This document shows, piece by piece, positions 29,177 to 38,360 of a stretch of 64,000 nucleotides of DNA (positions are counted from its first letter, which is position 1; the number at the start of each line of letters is the position of its first letter). A model generated the notes under the pieces. That model was not told where the DNA came from and made no database searches. It saw nothing but the letters and a program-made list of their open reading frames with translations. A program made the position numbers and the translations under genes. The stretch lies in the IMG/VR virus record IMGVR_UViG_3300031918_000730, positions 1-64,000 of that record; one strand, given 5' to 3'. This DNA comes from a virus.

Positions 29177-29767
29177 TCAAAATACCTTCGGGAAAATAGC
29201 CTCCATCAACTTGGTCAGGCCACCGAAGCGCACGCTCTCCGACTTATTCCTAAAGTAATTTAAGGTCTGCGCATCTGTCAACCCCATAATGAAAGAAGTG
29301 TCGATGTATAGCGACACCACCTCAGAAATTCGCTTCTCGAAACTCAAGTCGTCGGAGTCGAGAGAGCTAGGGTTGTCGAAGCGTTCAGATATTACCTGTA
29401 GGAATCTGGTTGTCGAGTTAATGATCGCTTCTTGAGATTCGTCATTTAGAGTGTTCACTTCATCTACGTCGACGAGTTCGACCTCAATGTCGTTGTCTTT
29501 ACTGTATTTCACAAATACGTCTAAGAAATACGAGCAACCATTAAGATATGCTTCAATCTGCGCCCCGAAGATTTCACCGTAGATCTTCTGGGCTTTGTCG
29601 TTCTTATCGTCGTCTTCTACGAATGAACTACATTCTCCGATGATGTACTCTGAGAGCTTCTCCTTCACTTCCTGAAAATCCACCCCGACCTGAAGCATCG
29701 CGATTGAGATCTTGTTGGATGAATCTGCGTACTCTTCTTCTGTCAGTGGATTATCTTCATTGCTCAT
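29177..29767 (-). CDS. Acidic hypothetical protein (first gene of sigma operon)
   Basis: Start reassigned to MSNEDNP, 7 nt after TGCTACAAT. Confidence 0.6.
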   Translation of the reverse strand: MSNEDNPLTEEEYADSSNKISIAMLQVGVDFQEVKEKLSEYIIGECSSFVEDDDKNDKAQKIYGEIFGAQIEAYLNGCSYFLDVFVKYSKDNDIEVELVDVDEVNTLNDESQEAIINSTTRFLQVISERFDNPSSLDSDDLSFEKRISEVVSLYIDTSFIMGLTDAQTLNYFRNKSESVRFGGLTKLMEAIFPKVF

Positions 29768-29774
29768 ATTTTTG

Positions 29775-29808
29775 ATTGTAGCACTCAATCTTAAGTTTCG
29801 AATAAATA
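29775..29808. promoter_or_regulatory. Divergent promoters: minus TGCTACAAT and plus late TAAATA
   Basis: 29783-29775 is 7 nt from ATG 29767; 29803-29808 is 5 nt from GTG 29814. Confidence 0.7.
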
Positions 29809-29813
29809 TCAAA

Positions 29814-30428
29814 GTGATTGATCTATTAGATGTGGTGCTCGTGAAGTACACTGGCCTCAGCGGTCGCGCCACTGAAGTAAACAGCATATCCTACAAGACT
29901 GTGGATTCCGCCACATACCTTGACAGTATAGATTCGATCAACTATGCTGTTAGATCACCATATGGTACAAGACCAAAAAATCTATCATACGAAAACTGGA
30001 TAAAATTCAAGCTAAGGGTTAATCGGAAGTATAGGAAATGCCTCAAAGGCACTGCTATGCAACTTCCATGTGTTGACCTCGGATGCGACGACATGCAAGT
30101 GTATACTAAGATCAAGAACGTGAAACTATGGATTAAGTTCCAATGTTTCGTAGACTATGAAGTCAAGTATGCGTTCGCTAAGGAATATACTGCACCAGTC
30201 AGAACAGATAGCTCAATTGCAGTGAATAACATTAGGGCAATTCAGAACCCAAAATACAACAGTGAATATGTAGTCGAGATCCCAATTGGAAATCAAGACG
30301 GTGAAATGTTACTAGGTGAACTAGACTTGTATGAGAGTGACTTTTTCGTCTCGCAATTAATTGCGTATAAGGGATGTCAGTTTCAGAATAGCATTATGAA
30401 GGTCTGCATCCACTACGACTTAGCTTAA
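29814..30428 (+). CDS. Hypothetical late protein
   Basis: Start reassigned to in-frame GTG 5 nt after TAAATA; SYENWIKF motif. Confidence 0.55.
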   Translation: MIDLLDVVLVKYTGLSGRATEVNSISYKTVDSATYLDSIDSINYAVRSPYGTRPKNLSYENWIKFKLRVNRKYRKCLKGTAMQLPCVDLGCDDMQVYTKIKNVKLWIKFQCFVDYEVKYAFAKEYTAPVRTDSSIAVNNIRAIQNPKYNSEYVVEIPIGNQDGEMLLGELDLYESDFFVSQLIAYKGCQFQNSIMKVCIHYDLA

Positions 30429-31672
30429 CTCTCTTGTGTTCTAGCAGTACCGAGGGTAGCTTTAATGTCGGCAATATTACTCTGAACCACATTGGTAGGT
30501 TCTTTTGCGAGTATCGACCTTCCGGTGGAGTTGTTTATTTCAGTGCCACTATTAAGTAAGCTCTGAACTCCCTTAGACACTACAGCCCTGTTCATTCCTG
30601 ATTCAAACGCCTCAAGTGCCTTCTGCTTAACTGCACCTCCGCCTATGCGATCAAGCTCGTCGTATATGACCTTGTTGGAGGCTAGGAGGCCGTTAATGAT
30701 TCCCATGAGGTATTCGTTAGTGGAAGCCTGCATGACGCTAAAAAGGCCCTCTGAGCCTCCTAGAACGTCTATCAGAGAATCCCTTATGGCAACAGCCAAT
30801 GCAGTACCTTTCCGTCTTGCGGCAAATGGCACGCCTCTCAATGCACTCGCAGGTACAGTGTCGGCAATATCACCGTGTCCGTTGGCTTTCAGGTTCTTGT
30901 AGATCCTTTCAACCACTGTTTGACTGAAGCAGTCACTTACATTGCTATCAGGCCCTACGTTCAATATTCCATAGTCAAATGGGAACGAAGGTACGGCGGC
31001 ACTCTTGAACTTGATGGTTATCACTTTCCCGCTTAGGGTTGCCAATTCAGCATTCAAGTATTGATTAGTAGTCAACATCGACGCGATGAGGGCTAATGTA
31101 AGATCTACAGATATAGTAGTTTCAGTAAGGTCGATGTCTAACGAAAGACCCTTCTGATAATTATCAGCTAACGGTAATTCCCAGACGTACCCTACTAAAG
31201 CAAGTGCAGTCTTTATGTTCTCATAGTCAAACTGGAATAGGTAATAATCGCCGAACTTACCATTCAAGCTAGGATGTGTCTTTTTTAGGACCGTTGACGA
31301 ATCTGCAGTTGATTGTGTAATTGTAGGTCCATTGAAGAACCCAGCACCTGCTGAACTGTCTGCCTTAGCCACAGGGCTTGCGCTTCTAGCTACAGCAACT
31401 GAACCAAAATCAAACAGTGGATTTAGTTCTTTTAGTTTATTGAGTCCATTCGTCGCATGGTCTTCAGGTCTTACATATGCCTTGCTCAATTTCGAGCCGT
31501 GCGGTAGGTATGGACTAATGTCATCCCAGAAACTAAACAGTTGCTCGGTCACATATACACCAACTGGTATGTCCAGTGGCGATTCTAGTGGGTAGTTAAT
31601 CAGTAATTTACTGTACTCGGCCTGAATTGCAGATACTGTAGTATCTGAGGTCGATGGAGGTGTTATCAACAT
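30425..31672 (-). CDS. Hypothetical late/structural protein
   Basis: 415 aa ORF, TAAATA 5 nt upstream. Confidence 0.55.
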   Translation of the reverse strand: MLITPPSTSDTTVSAIQAEYSKLLINYPLESPLDIPVGVYVTEQLFSFWDDISPYLPHGSKLSKAYVRPEDHATNGLNKLKELNPLFDFGSVAVARSASPVAKADSSAGAGFFNGPTITQSTADSSTVLKKTHPSLNGKFGDYYLFQFDYENIKTALALVGYVWELPLADNYQKGLSLDIDLTETTISVDLTLALIASMLTTNQYLNAELATLSGKVITIKFKSAAVPSFPFDYGILNVGPDSNVSDCFSQTVVERIYKNLKANGHGDIADTVPASALRGVPFAARRKGTALAVAIRDSLIDVLGGSEGLFSVMQASTNEYLMGIINGLLASNKVIYDELDRIGGGAVKQKALEAFESGMNRAVVSKGVQSLLNSGTEINNSTGRSILAKEPTNVVQSNIADIKATLGTARTQES

Positions 31673-31677
31673 GATTG

Positions 31678-31683
31678 TATTTA
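31678..31683 (-). promoter_or_regulatory. Late promoter, leaderless spacing
   Basis: 5 nt to ATG 31672. Confidence 0.65.
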
Positions 31684-33357
31684 CTCGTCTTCCAGTTCAG
31701 CGTCTTCGTTGGTATACGACAGGTCAAGTCCGTCGATGGAAATGCCATTGAACGAGAACGTCTTGTCAATGGTGTGTATTTCCTGAGGATAGTCTTCCTC
31801 GTAGTAGAATTCTTCGCGAGTATAGAAGTGCCTCGCTAGATTAGAACGGTACTCCACATCGTGCTTAGCTCTGTTCGAATAATGCACATCCTCGATACAG
31901 TGATGAAGGTCGAATATTCTGGCAAGTGTCTTTGACTTGTGTAGTCGAAGACTTCGTCCAATTGACTGTAATATTAGAGTATAGGATGCACACGATGCAC
32001 CGAAAATCACATTATGTAGATTCTTCATGTTAAGACCAGTGCCGAAGGTCTTATATGTAGCGACGACTATGATTCCAGCCTTTGATTCGAGGTCGGCTAG
32101 AATCCGCTCTCGTTCAGTCATGGAGATCTCACCATACGCCATCCTAATATCATAGTCAGGGTGGAGTTTCTTTAGCATTTCTGCCATCTCCTCCACTTCC
32201 TTATTGGCGATGAACTTCATTAGGATGAGAGTATTCTGATCCTTGGTAATGACTTCATCCCTTATTAGGGTATGTACTGCATATTGCGCAGACTTAGTGA
32301 GTCTCGCGAGTTCATACTCGGCCTTGGAAGGGATTTTCTTCTTCCTGCATAGTTCAATGGTGTACTTATCATACGGAATTTTGACCTCTACGATACTAGC
32401 CATGGAAAGTTCTCCACGGTCTATTAGCTCCTTAGAGGAAATGACATGTCTAATGTCTCCGAAATTACCTACGATTACTTTCTGGTTGAGAATGTTTCGT
32501 GGTATAGTTCCGGTCAGTCCAAATCTATACTCTGCATTGCAACATGCACCTACAACTCTATTGATGACGGCATGGTCATTTTTTGCAGTATGAAGTTCGT
32601 CGACAATGAGGCAGTCGAAACGCTTGAAATACTCCTCGAAGGTCTTCTTTTCTAGCATAGTCCCCATGGACTGCCAAGTACTAATCAATATTGGCTTCCT
32701 AATAGCCTCTTTCTTTTCCTTGATTGTGAAATCTGAATGATACATTCCAACATATTCACCTAGATCCTTCCAATAATAGTCATCCCTGAAATTACGGAAC
32801 AATTGATTTACGAGGTTAATATTAGGTACTAGGATGAGGATATTCATATCCTGCTTAATGATCCTACGAAGGAATCTAACTATCATATAGATGGCAAGAC
32901 TCTTACCTGCACCAGTCGCGGCACGGAATGACGATCTCTTATATGCTAGAGAAAGTTCTAGTATCTTCTGTTGATAGTCTCTAGGATTCAATCCACATGC
33001 TTCACCAATCGCTTTACAGAATGAGGCAATTAGTTCGCTATAGTCCTCTGTCGATGAAAAAGATGAGACTATTTCAGGATCTACCTGAACATTCCATCCA
33101 AACTTTCTGAGACTCTGAACTCCCTCTCTAACTAGACCTAATGGAATTAAACTAGGCAGTATCTTGTATAGCCTAATCTTTCCATCATACTTAGTGAAGC
33201 GTCTTTTCTGAAACCTAGGATCGAACATGAATCCTTCAGGTCTTAATGCAAATAGATTATCTAAAGTCACATATGGACTCTGCTTATATGGGTCTTCTGG
33301 AGTTGGTTGCCAAATTACCTTTGCATGAGAGTTATTGAGCTTCTTAAAAATTACCAT
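31681..33357 (-). CDS. uvsW: UvsW SF2 DNA helicase
   Basis: DGKIRLY, PRDYQ, ATGAGKS, ISTWQS, IVDELH, GLTGT, LQSIGRSLR. Confidence 0.93.
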   Translation of the reverse strand: MVIFKKLNNSHAKVIWQPTPEDPYKQSPYVTLDNLFALRPEGFMFDPRFQKRRFTKYDGKIRLYKILPSLIPLGLVREGVQSLRKFGWNVQVDPEIVSSFSSTEDYSELIASFCKAIGEACGLNPRDYQQKILELSLAYKRSSFRAATGAGKSLAIYMIVRFLRRIIKQDMNILILVPNINLVNQLFRNFRDDYYWKDLGEYVGMYHSDFTIKEKKEAIRKPILISTWQSMGTMLEKKTFEEYFKRFDCLIVDELHTAKNDHAVINRVVGACCNAEYRFGLTGTIPRNILNQKVIVGNFGDIRHVISSKELIDRGELSMASIVEVKIPYDKYTIELCRKKKIPSKAEYELARLTKSAQYAVHTLIRDEVITKDQNTLILMKFIANKEVEEMAEMLKKLHPDYDIRMAYGEISMTERERILADLESKAGIIVVATYKTFGTGLNMKNLHNVIFGASCASYTLILQSIGRSLRLHKSKTLARIFDLHHCIEDVHYSNRAKHDVEYRSNLARHFYTREEFYYEEDYPQEIHTIDKTFSFNGISIDGLDLSYTNEDAELEDE

Positions 33358-33926
33358 TGCATGTTATTCTTAATTCTCAATATATTTATTGCGTTACTTA
33401 TTCTATATGAGATTGAATCGATTCTAGCCATAGCTTTTTCAATGACAGAAAGAACAGCACGAATGTTATTGATCTTCTCCTCTAACTCAATATGCTCAGG
33501 ATTGATAGTGATGAGGTTTTTGATTTCCTTATCATTTAGAAGAACTCCATTATGGACCTCTGGATTCCTCTTATATTCTTGAGTGATGAGAGCCTCTAGA
33601 GCTAATAGCTTCTTGGTATTCTTTTCCAAGAATCGATTATACTCATTATGTCTACGGACCCATTTAGACTCAATGATGTTTATACTAGCATTGTAGTTAT
33701 ATAGAAGGTCTAGATCAGTAGGTACTGCGGTATCTTCCTCAAACTCATTCATCAGTTGCGTGACTGTGTGAGTCTGGTTTCTCTCGAACTCTATGATCGA
33801 TGGAGATGAGAATTTCAGGTTTAGCTCTACAGTTATGCCTGCTCTGATCTCGTTGTAGGTAGCTGGAGCCTTGAGTTCTACTTCACCCTTATGCACCTTA
33901 GATCTAGTTTTCTTTTCCGTTTCCAT
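33351..33926 (-). CDS. uvsY: Recombination mediator UvsY
   Basis: C-terminal EIKNLITINPEHIELEEKI...IEKAMARIDSISYRISNAI pattern; adjacent to uvsW. Confidence 0.7.
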   Translation of the reverse strand: METEKKTRSKVHKGEVELKAPATYNEIRAGITVELNLKFSSPSIIEFERNQTHTVTQLMNEFEEDTAVPTDLDLLYNYNASINIIESKWVRRHNEYNRFLEKNTKKLLALEALITQEYKRNPEVHNGVLLNDKEIKNLITINPEHIELEEKINNIRAVLSVIEKAMARIDSISYRISNAINILRIKNNMQW

Positions 33927-33932
33927 ATCTCT

Positions 33933-33941
33933 ATTTTAGCA
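33933..33941 (-). promoter_or_regulatory. Extended -10 TGCTAAAAT, leaderless spacing (uvsY)
   Basis: 6 nt to ATG 33926. Confidence 0.7.
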
Positions 33942-34014
33942 TTAATGATGCTTCGCTAGATAGTCTAGTTTGTCTAGGTGAGCCTCACACTGGAGAAACT
34001 CTCAGTCTTTCTTA

Positions 34015-34146
34015 GCTTTAGATATTTTTATTTTTCATTTTTCTTTTTGAGAGATTTCTCTTTTCAATCTATAAAAATCTAAATGAGCCTATAAGAGACT
34101 GTCATAGACTCTCGCAGGCGCACCTCCTCCAATTCCCCCTAACCCC
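34015..34146. other. Candidate replication-origin element: AT-rich unwinding tract plus minus-strand G-tract
   Basis: T-rich 34015-34085; minus-strand GGGGTTAGGGGGAATTGGAGGAGG at 34146-34123; upstream of uvsY. Confidence 0.4.
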
Positions 34147-34416
34147 ATAAGCCAACATTTCGAGTTTTGTTGGAAGGTTAGAAGTACTTGTCCCCGCATA
34201 CGCAAACGCTAAACTCAGCTTGCGCACCCGTTCCCCCTCGAAGATTCACTGAATGGGTTTTACCCTGAGGCATTTCTCTTCCCTCACATCCAGCGCACTA
34301 GCATTCCCAGCACAAAAATCCATAGAATTCTCGACTGCAATGATCTCCGTAGCGTCACATGGCCTGCCTCATCGGCTATGGTATCCCCTGCTCCATGCAA
34401 CTCAGACTTTCATCTG
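34100..34416 (-). ncRNA. Candidate structured non-coding RNA (~300 nt)
   Basis: TGCTAAGAT promoter at 34430-34422; several helices with G-U pairs valid only on the minus strand; GAAA tetraloop; no ORF-track ORF on this strand; 3' end uncertain. Confidence 0.55.
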
Positions 34417-34421
34417 TCAGT

Positions 34422-34465
34422 ATCTTAGCAGGATTTTTCTACATACTAGCGTAAATTGCTACAAT
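34422..34465. promoter_or_regulatory. Divergent extended -10 promoters
   Basis: Minus TGCTAAGAT 34430-34422 (candidate ncRNA); plus TGCTACAAT 34457-34465. Confidence 0.7.
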
Positions 34466-34483
34466 CAAGGTAAAGGAGAACAC

Positions 34484-35857
34484 ATGGTAGACGTAGAACA
34501 GCAGGTCATTGACCTCGCTAAGGTCGGAAAAACAGTAAATTATATCTCTGAACTGACCGGACTCACCAGAACTCAGATCGCAAATGTACTCATCGAGTAT
34601 ATCGGAGACACTGCAGTAACTGGAAACGGAGTATCTCTCACTCACTCAAGCCTTTCTATTGTTGAGGAAACTAATCCTGACAAAAATAGTAGAGAATTGA
34701 CTGTTAAGTATGCTGGCTCCCAAAAAACTCTAGAAGAGCTACTCGCCGAGTTGAAAATTGACAAGTCCATTTGGGAAGTGTCTACAGTAACCTACAACGA
34801 GTGGGATGGAATGCGCCCTAATGATCAGGGTGTGATCAAGCTCCATCAAATCAAAGTTAGCTTTAAGCGTATCAAGCTAATTGCAAACTATGAATTGCCA
34901 GCACCTATCAACATCACTGTCAAATCGTTCAATAACGGTAATGGTAGCAAGAAGAAGGCGTCTTCAGTTAAGACTGCCGTCATTCTACCTGACATGCAGG
35001 TCGGTTTCAAGCGCAATCTGATCACAGGAGAACTAACTTCGCTACATGATAGGCAGGCAATGGATGTCGCCCTTCAAATTGCAAGGTATGTAAGGCCGGA
35101 TCGTATCGTCCTGCTTGGAGATAATCTAGATCTCCCGCAGGAATCGAAATACCCCACCGGACCTGAGTTCTACTTCACCACTCAAGCCGCCGCAGTCGAA
35201 CTAGCATGGTGGTTAGCTCAGTTGAGATCAATCGACCCTCATATCGAAATCGATTACATCTCAGGAAATCATGATCTCAGGGCCGAGAAAGTCTTGATGC
35301 AGAATGCTATTTCCGCATATGGACTCAGAGCCGCAGACGATCTCAACGGACCCCCACTCCTCTCCATTCAGAAGCTACTAGGTCTTGACAAGCTCAATAT
35401 CAAGTACCACCCTGAATACCCTAAGAGTAAGGTTGTTCTCAATGAGAACCTAGTTTGCATCCACGGAGAAATCGCAAAGGGTGAATCCGGGGCTACAGTT
35501 TCTGCAGTTGTGAAGGATACTAGAGTTTCTGTAATTCAGGGACACATCCATCGATACGAAGTCGCAACCAAGACACTGTGGAGCGCAGACGACAAGGCAC
35601 ACATGTATACAGCCGCCTCGTTCGGTTGCCTATGCAAGATCGATCCGGGTGTCGTTCCGGGCGTGAAGGCATACCAGAACTGGCAACAGGGCCTAGGTAT
35701 TGTCTACTACGAGGACACTGGAGTCCAGCAGTTCAGACAGGAGTTCATCCCTATCATTGAAGGTCGCGCAATCCTACAAAGTGAAATATTCAACGCAACT
35801 GAAGAGGATGAAATCATCAGTGCAATTGAATACGACACAGGGTTTAAGGTAAAGTAA
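34484..35857 (+). CDS. Calcineurin-like metallophosphoesterase with N-terminal HTH
   Basis: PDMQ, LGDNLD, GNHD, IHG, GHIHR; start reassigned by SD AAGGAG and TGCTACAAT promoter. Confidence 0.85.
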   Translation: MVDVEQQVIDLAKVGKTVNYISELTGLTRTQIANVLIEYIGDTAVTGNGVSLTHSSLSIVEETNPDKNSRELTVKYAGSQKTLEELLAELKIDKSIWEVSTVTYNEWDGMRPNDQGVIKLHQIKVSFKRIKLIANYELPAPINITVKSFNNGNGSKKKASSVKTAVILPDMQVGFKRNLITGELTSLHDRQAMDVALQIARYVRPDRIVLLGDNLDLPQESKYPTGPEFYFTTQAAAVELAWWLAQLRSIDPHIEIDYISGNHDLRAEKVLMQNAISAYGLRAADDLNGPPLLSIQKLLGLDKLNIKYHPEYPKSKVVLNENLVCIHGEIAKGESGATVSAVVKDTRVSVIQGHIHRYEVATKTLWSADDKAHMYTAASFGCLCKIDPGVVPGVKAYQNWQQGLGIVYYEDTGVQQFRQEFIPIIEGRAILQSEIFNATEEDEIISAIEYDTGFKVK

Positions 35858-36195
35858 TGTTCGAACACGGATTTGGAGATCGTGAAGATCCTATTGAGCC
35901 TGTTCAGTGTAACGTCATCCCTCGCTGGAGGGATGACTTTGAACCTTCCGAAGAACTAATAGGGGTTTGTGGTGAAGGACTTACAAAAACTTCATATAAA
36001 GTAGTCGAGATTCTAAGGAAGTACATTTTCGAGTTGATGAGTAGAGAAATTCTACTAACCATTAAGCTCGACCTCGGTCAATACATTGGCGACCGTGAAC
36101 TGGAAGTAGTATTCACAAAATATAGCAATGGAATATCAGTGAGCTACATCGAGGATAACGGCAAAAGATCCGAGATTAAACTTGGAAGCACATAA
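35857..36195 (+). CDS. Hypothetical protein
   Basis: TAATG coupling to upstream gene. Confidence 0.55.
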   Translation: MFEHGFGDREDPIEPVQCNVIPRWRDDFEPSEELIGVCGEGLTKTSYKVVEILRKYIFELMSREILLTIKLDLGQYIGDRELEVVFTKYSNGISVSYIEDNGKRSEIKLGST

Positions 36196-36487
36196 TTTTC
36201 CATCAGAGACTGTAGAGGAAAAAGCATTCAGGGAATGCTTTTTTCGTTATATGACTGAAGTTGAAGGCTTCGTCTCGAATGACATGCGAAAAAACGAACT
36301 CGCGCTAAAGATTGCAATGGAGTACTATAAGGAGGGCTATACTAAGCGTGTAGTGGATATGGCCGAGTACATGTATTACCGTACAAGTACAAACTACCAG
36401 AGTGCTACCATACAAGAGAAGAAGGTCGAGCCGCCTAAACCTAAGCGAGATAGACCCGGAAATCCATTTAGCAGATACAGGATCTAA
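36182..36487 (+). CDS. Hypothetical protein (start uncertain)
   Basis: Fills the operon gap and is coupled to gp46. Confidence 0.5.
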   Translation: MEAHNFPSETVEEKAFRECFFRYMTEVEGFVSNDMRKNELALKIAMEYYKEGYTKRVVDMAEYMYYRTSTNYQSATIQEKKVEPPKPKRDRPGNPFSRYRI

Positions 36488-38337
36488 TGTCACATACAGT
36501 CGTTTTCAAGAACTTAAGAGGGGCGAATTTCCTTAGATTTGGAAACGAGGAGTTCGTCTTTAATTTCTACGAAGGTGTCGTGGGGTTGATGGGCGAGAAC
36601 GGACTTGGTAAGTCGGCCATTCTCGACGCAGTCTGCATCTGCTTGTTCAACGAAACATACAGGAAATCGACTCAATCTGACTGGACTAATAACATCAATG
36701 GGTCTGGACTCTACCTCGGATTGACATTAGAGACACACGGTGCAACTGTAGACAAGTTCTATATTCTAAGGAAGCCAACATCAAGCAAGGCGCTTGATAA
36801 GTTGTCTATCTATAAGAACGATGTTCTATTGACTGGAATAACAAACTACCAAGAATATATCGAAAATACGATCCTCGGGTTCGGTGTTCATGTGTTCAAG
36901 AACGCAATCGCAGTGTCTGGAGGTACTCCATTTATCTCCATGACTCCAGAAGAGAAGCGCAAATTCTCAGACAGCTTGTTTTCCATTAAGCAGGTCAGAG
37001 AATACAAGAAGAGGTCGAGTGAAGCAGTCAGCGAGTTGAGTCTCAATAAGAGGATCATCGAACAGGAGATCGTTAGCGCACGTTCAAAGATTGCAGAGTA
37101 TGAGAACGTACTCACCATGACCTCATCGAATGTAGACGATCAAATTGCCGGATTACTTGCTGAAGTTGAGAATACTCAGAATGGAATCGACGAGTCTACT
37201 CGGATCATCTCCGAGTCGCAGATTCAACTAGATGCATATGGTGACTTGATTAACACCAAGAATTCTGAAATTGTGGCACTGCAGGCTAAGCTAGTTGAGC
37301 TTAATGCCAATGAAATCTACAAGGAAATTGCGAGAGTAAGCGCAAGTCTTGAACTATGCAGACGTGAATATCAGAAGGAAATTAACGAAAGTAATCGAAT
37401 TGCACCTAATGTGGTCTGTAAGTCATGCGGAAATCACTATACAGAAGAGCAAGCCAGTGAACATAAGGCATTGCATGTAGCTGAGGCCGCAACTGTAGGT
37501 GAAAGAGGCAAAGCACTAAAGGCTGAACTACTTGCATTGCAAGAGTCACTCCCTACCATTGAAAACGTCAAGGCGGCAATTGAGAAAATTAGATTCACTG
37601 AACTAGGCGAACTCAATAATGTAATATATTCGATAAAAGCTAATATCAATTTACACGCAAGTCGTGCTAATAACCTAGAAACAGTTAAGTACAGGTATTC
37701 ATCTCAGATCGAAACCCTTAGAGCTAAAGAAGACCAAAGTTCAATTAAGGTGTTTGCAGAGAATGCGATTAAAGAGGCTACTGCAATAATCGATACTAAG
37801 TCGGTTGTACTCGCAGAAAATGAGCGCAAGCTAAAAGCATATACCTACATCATCGAAATGTGCTCAGATAATGGAATAAAGCATTTGCTTCTTAAGGAGT
37901 TCATGCCTATTCTGAATCAGTTAATTGCGGCATACCTCGACAAGTTCGACCTGCCTATTACAGTGACATTTGACGAATACTTCAACCACGCACTAAAAGC
38001 ACCAAAGGGTCTTGGTCAGAAGCACTCCATGATGTCCAAGGGACAGCGGACTAGGATCAATCTAGCGATCCTGTTCGCAGTTTCTGACCTCATCAAGAAA
38101 ATGGGAAATGTCAAGTGCAACCTACTCATGCTTGACGAGTTTGCAGACGAAGGCATCGACCCTAAGGGTTTTAGAGCCGCAGTCGAGTCTATCCGCAGGG
38201 TTGCCGACCGTGACAATAAGAGCATCGTCCTAGTAACCCACAAGCAGGAAGACTTTCTATACGATAATTTGAATGCACTGTACGAACTGGAGCTAAGGAA
38301 TTCGTTCAGTGTGCTCAAGGAAGTTAAATCTTTCTAG
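36487..38337 (+). CDS. gp46: Recombination exonuclease ATPase subunit (T4 gp46, SbcC/Rad50-like)
   Basis: NFLRFGN, GENGLGKS, CKSC hook, MSKGQRTRINLAILF, LMLDE, VTH. Confidence 0.93.
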   Translation: MSHTVVFKNLRGANFLRFGNEEFVFNFYEGVVGLMGENGLGKSAILDAVCICLFNETYRKSTQSDWTNNINGSGLYLGLTLETHGATVDKFYILRKPTSSKALDKLSIYKNDVLLTGITNYQEYIENTILGFGVHVFKNAIAVSGGTPFISMTPEEKRKFSDSLFSIKQVREYKKRSSEAVSELSLNKRIIEQEIVSARSKIAEYENVLTMTSSNVDDQIAGLLAEVENTQNGIDESTRIISESQIQLDAYGDLINTKNSEIVALQAKLVELNANEIYKEIARVSASLELCRREYQKEINESNRIAPNVVCKSCGNHYTEEQASEHKALHVAEAATVGERGKALKAELLALQESLPTIENVKAAIEKIRFTELGELNNVIYSIKANINLHASRANNLETVKYRYSSQIETLRAKEDQSSIKVFAENAIKEATAIIDTKSVVLAENERKLKAYTYIIEMCSDNGIKHLLLKEFMPILNQLIAAYLDKFDLPITVTFDEYFNHALKAPKGLGQKHSMMSKGQRTRINLAILFAVSDLIKKMGNVKCNLLMLDEFADEGIDPKGFRAAVESIRRVADRDNKSIVLVTHKQEDFLYDNLNALYELELRNSFSVLKEVKSF

Positions 38338-38339
38338 AC

Positions 38340-38345
38340 TAAATA
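38340..38345 (+). promoter_or_regulatory. Late promoter (leadered, SD GGAGG)
   Basis: ACTAAATA. Confidence 0.65.
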
Positions 38346-38360
38346 TTTGAGGAGGCATTA

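Noticed and set aside
29712-29887. Overlapping divergent ORF starts (29712 plus, 29887 minus)
   Set aside because: Promoter-adjacent starts at 29767 and 29814 remove the overlap; the same applies to 26767 versus 26806 and 47191 versus 47257
34185-34205. Group II intron domain V (CGUAUGCGGGGA on minus strand)
   Set aside because: No AGC/CGC triad hairpin or complementary 3' arm; no interrupted gene or maturase
34100-34416. RNase P RNA (GAUGAAAGUCUGAG resembles GAGGAAAGUCC; ACAAAACUCG..GGCUUAU resembles the 3' end)
   Set aside because: The P4 partner strand (CUCAGCUU) is not on the same strand, and no P1 closing helix was found
34253-34483. 77-aa N-terminal extension of the phosphoesterase in the ORF track
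   Set aside because: Promoter at 34457 and SD support ATG 34484; the extension is antisense to the structured RNA
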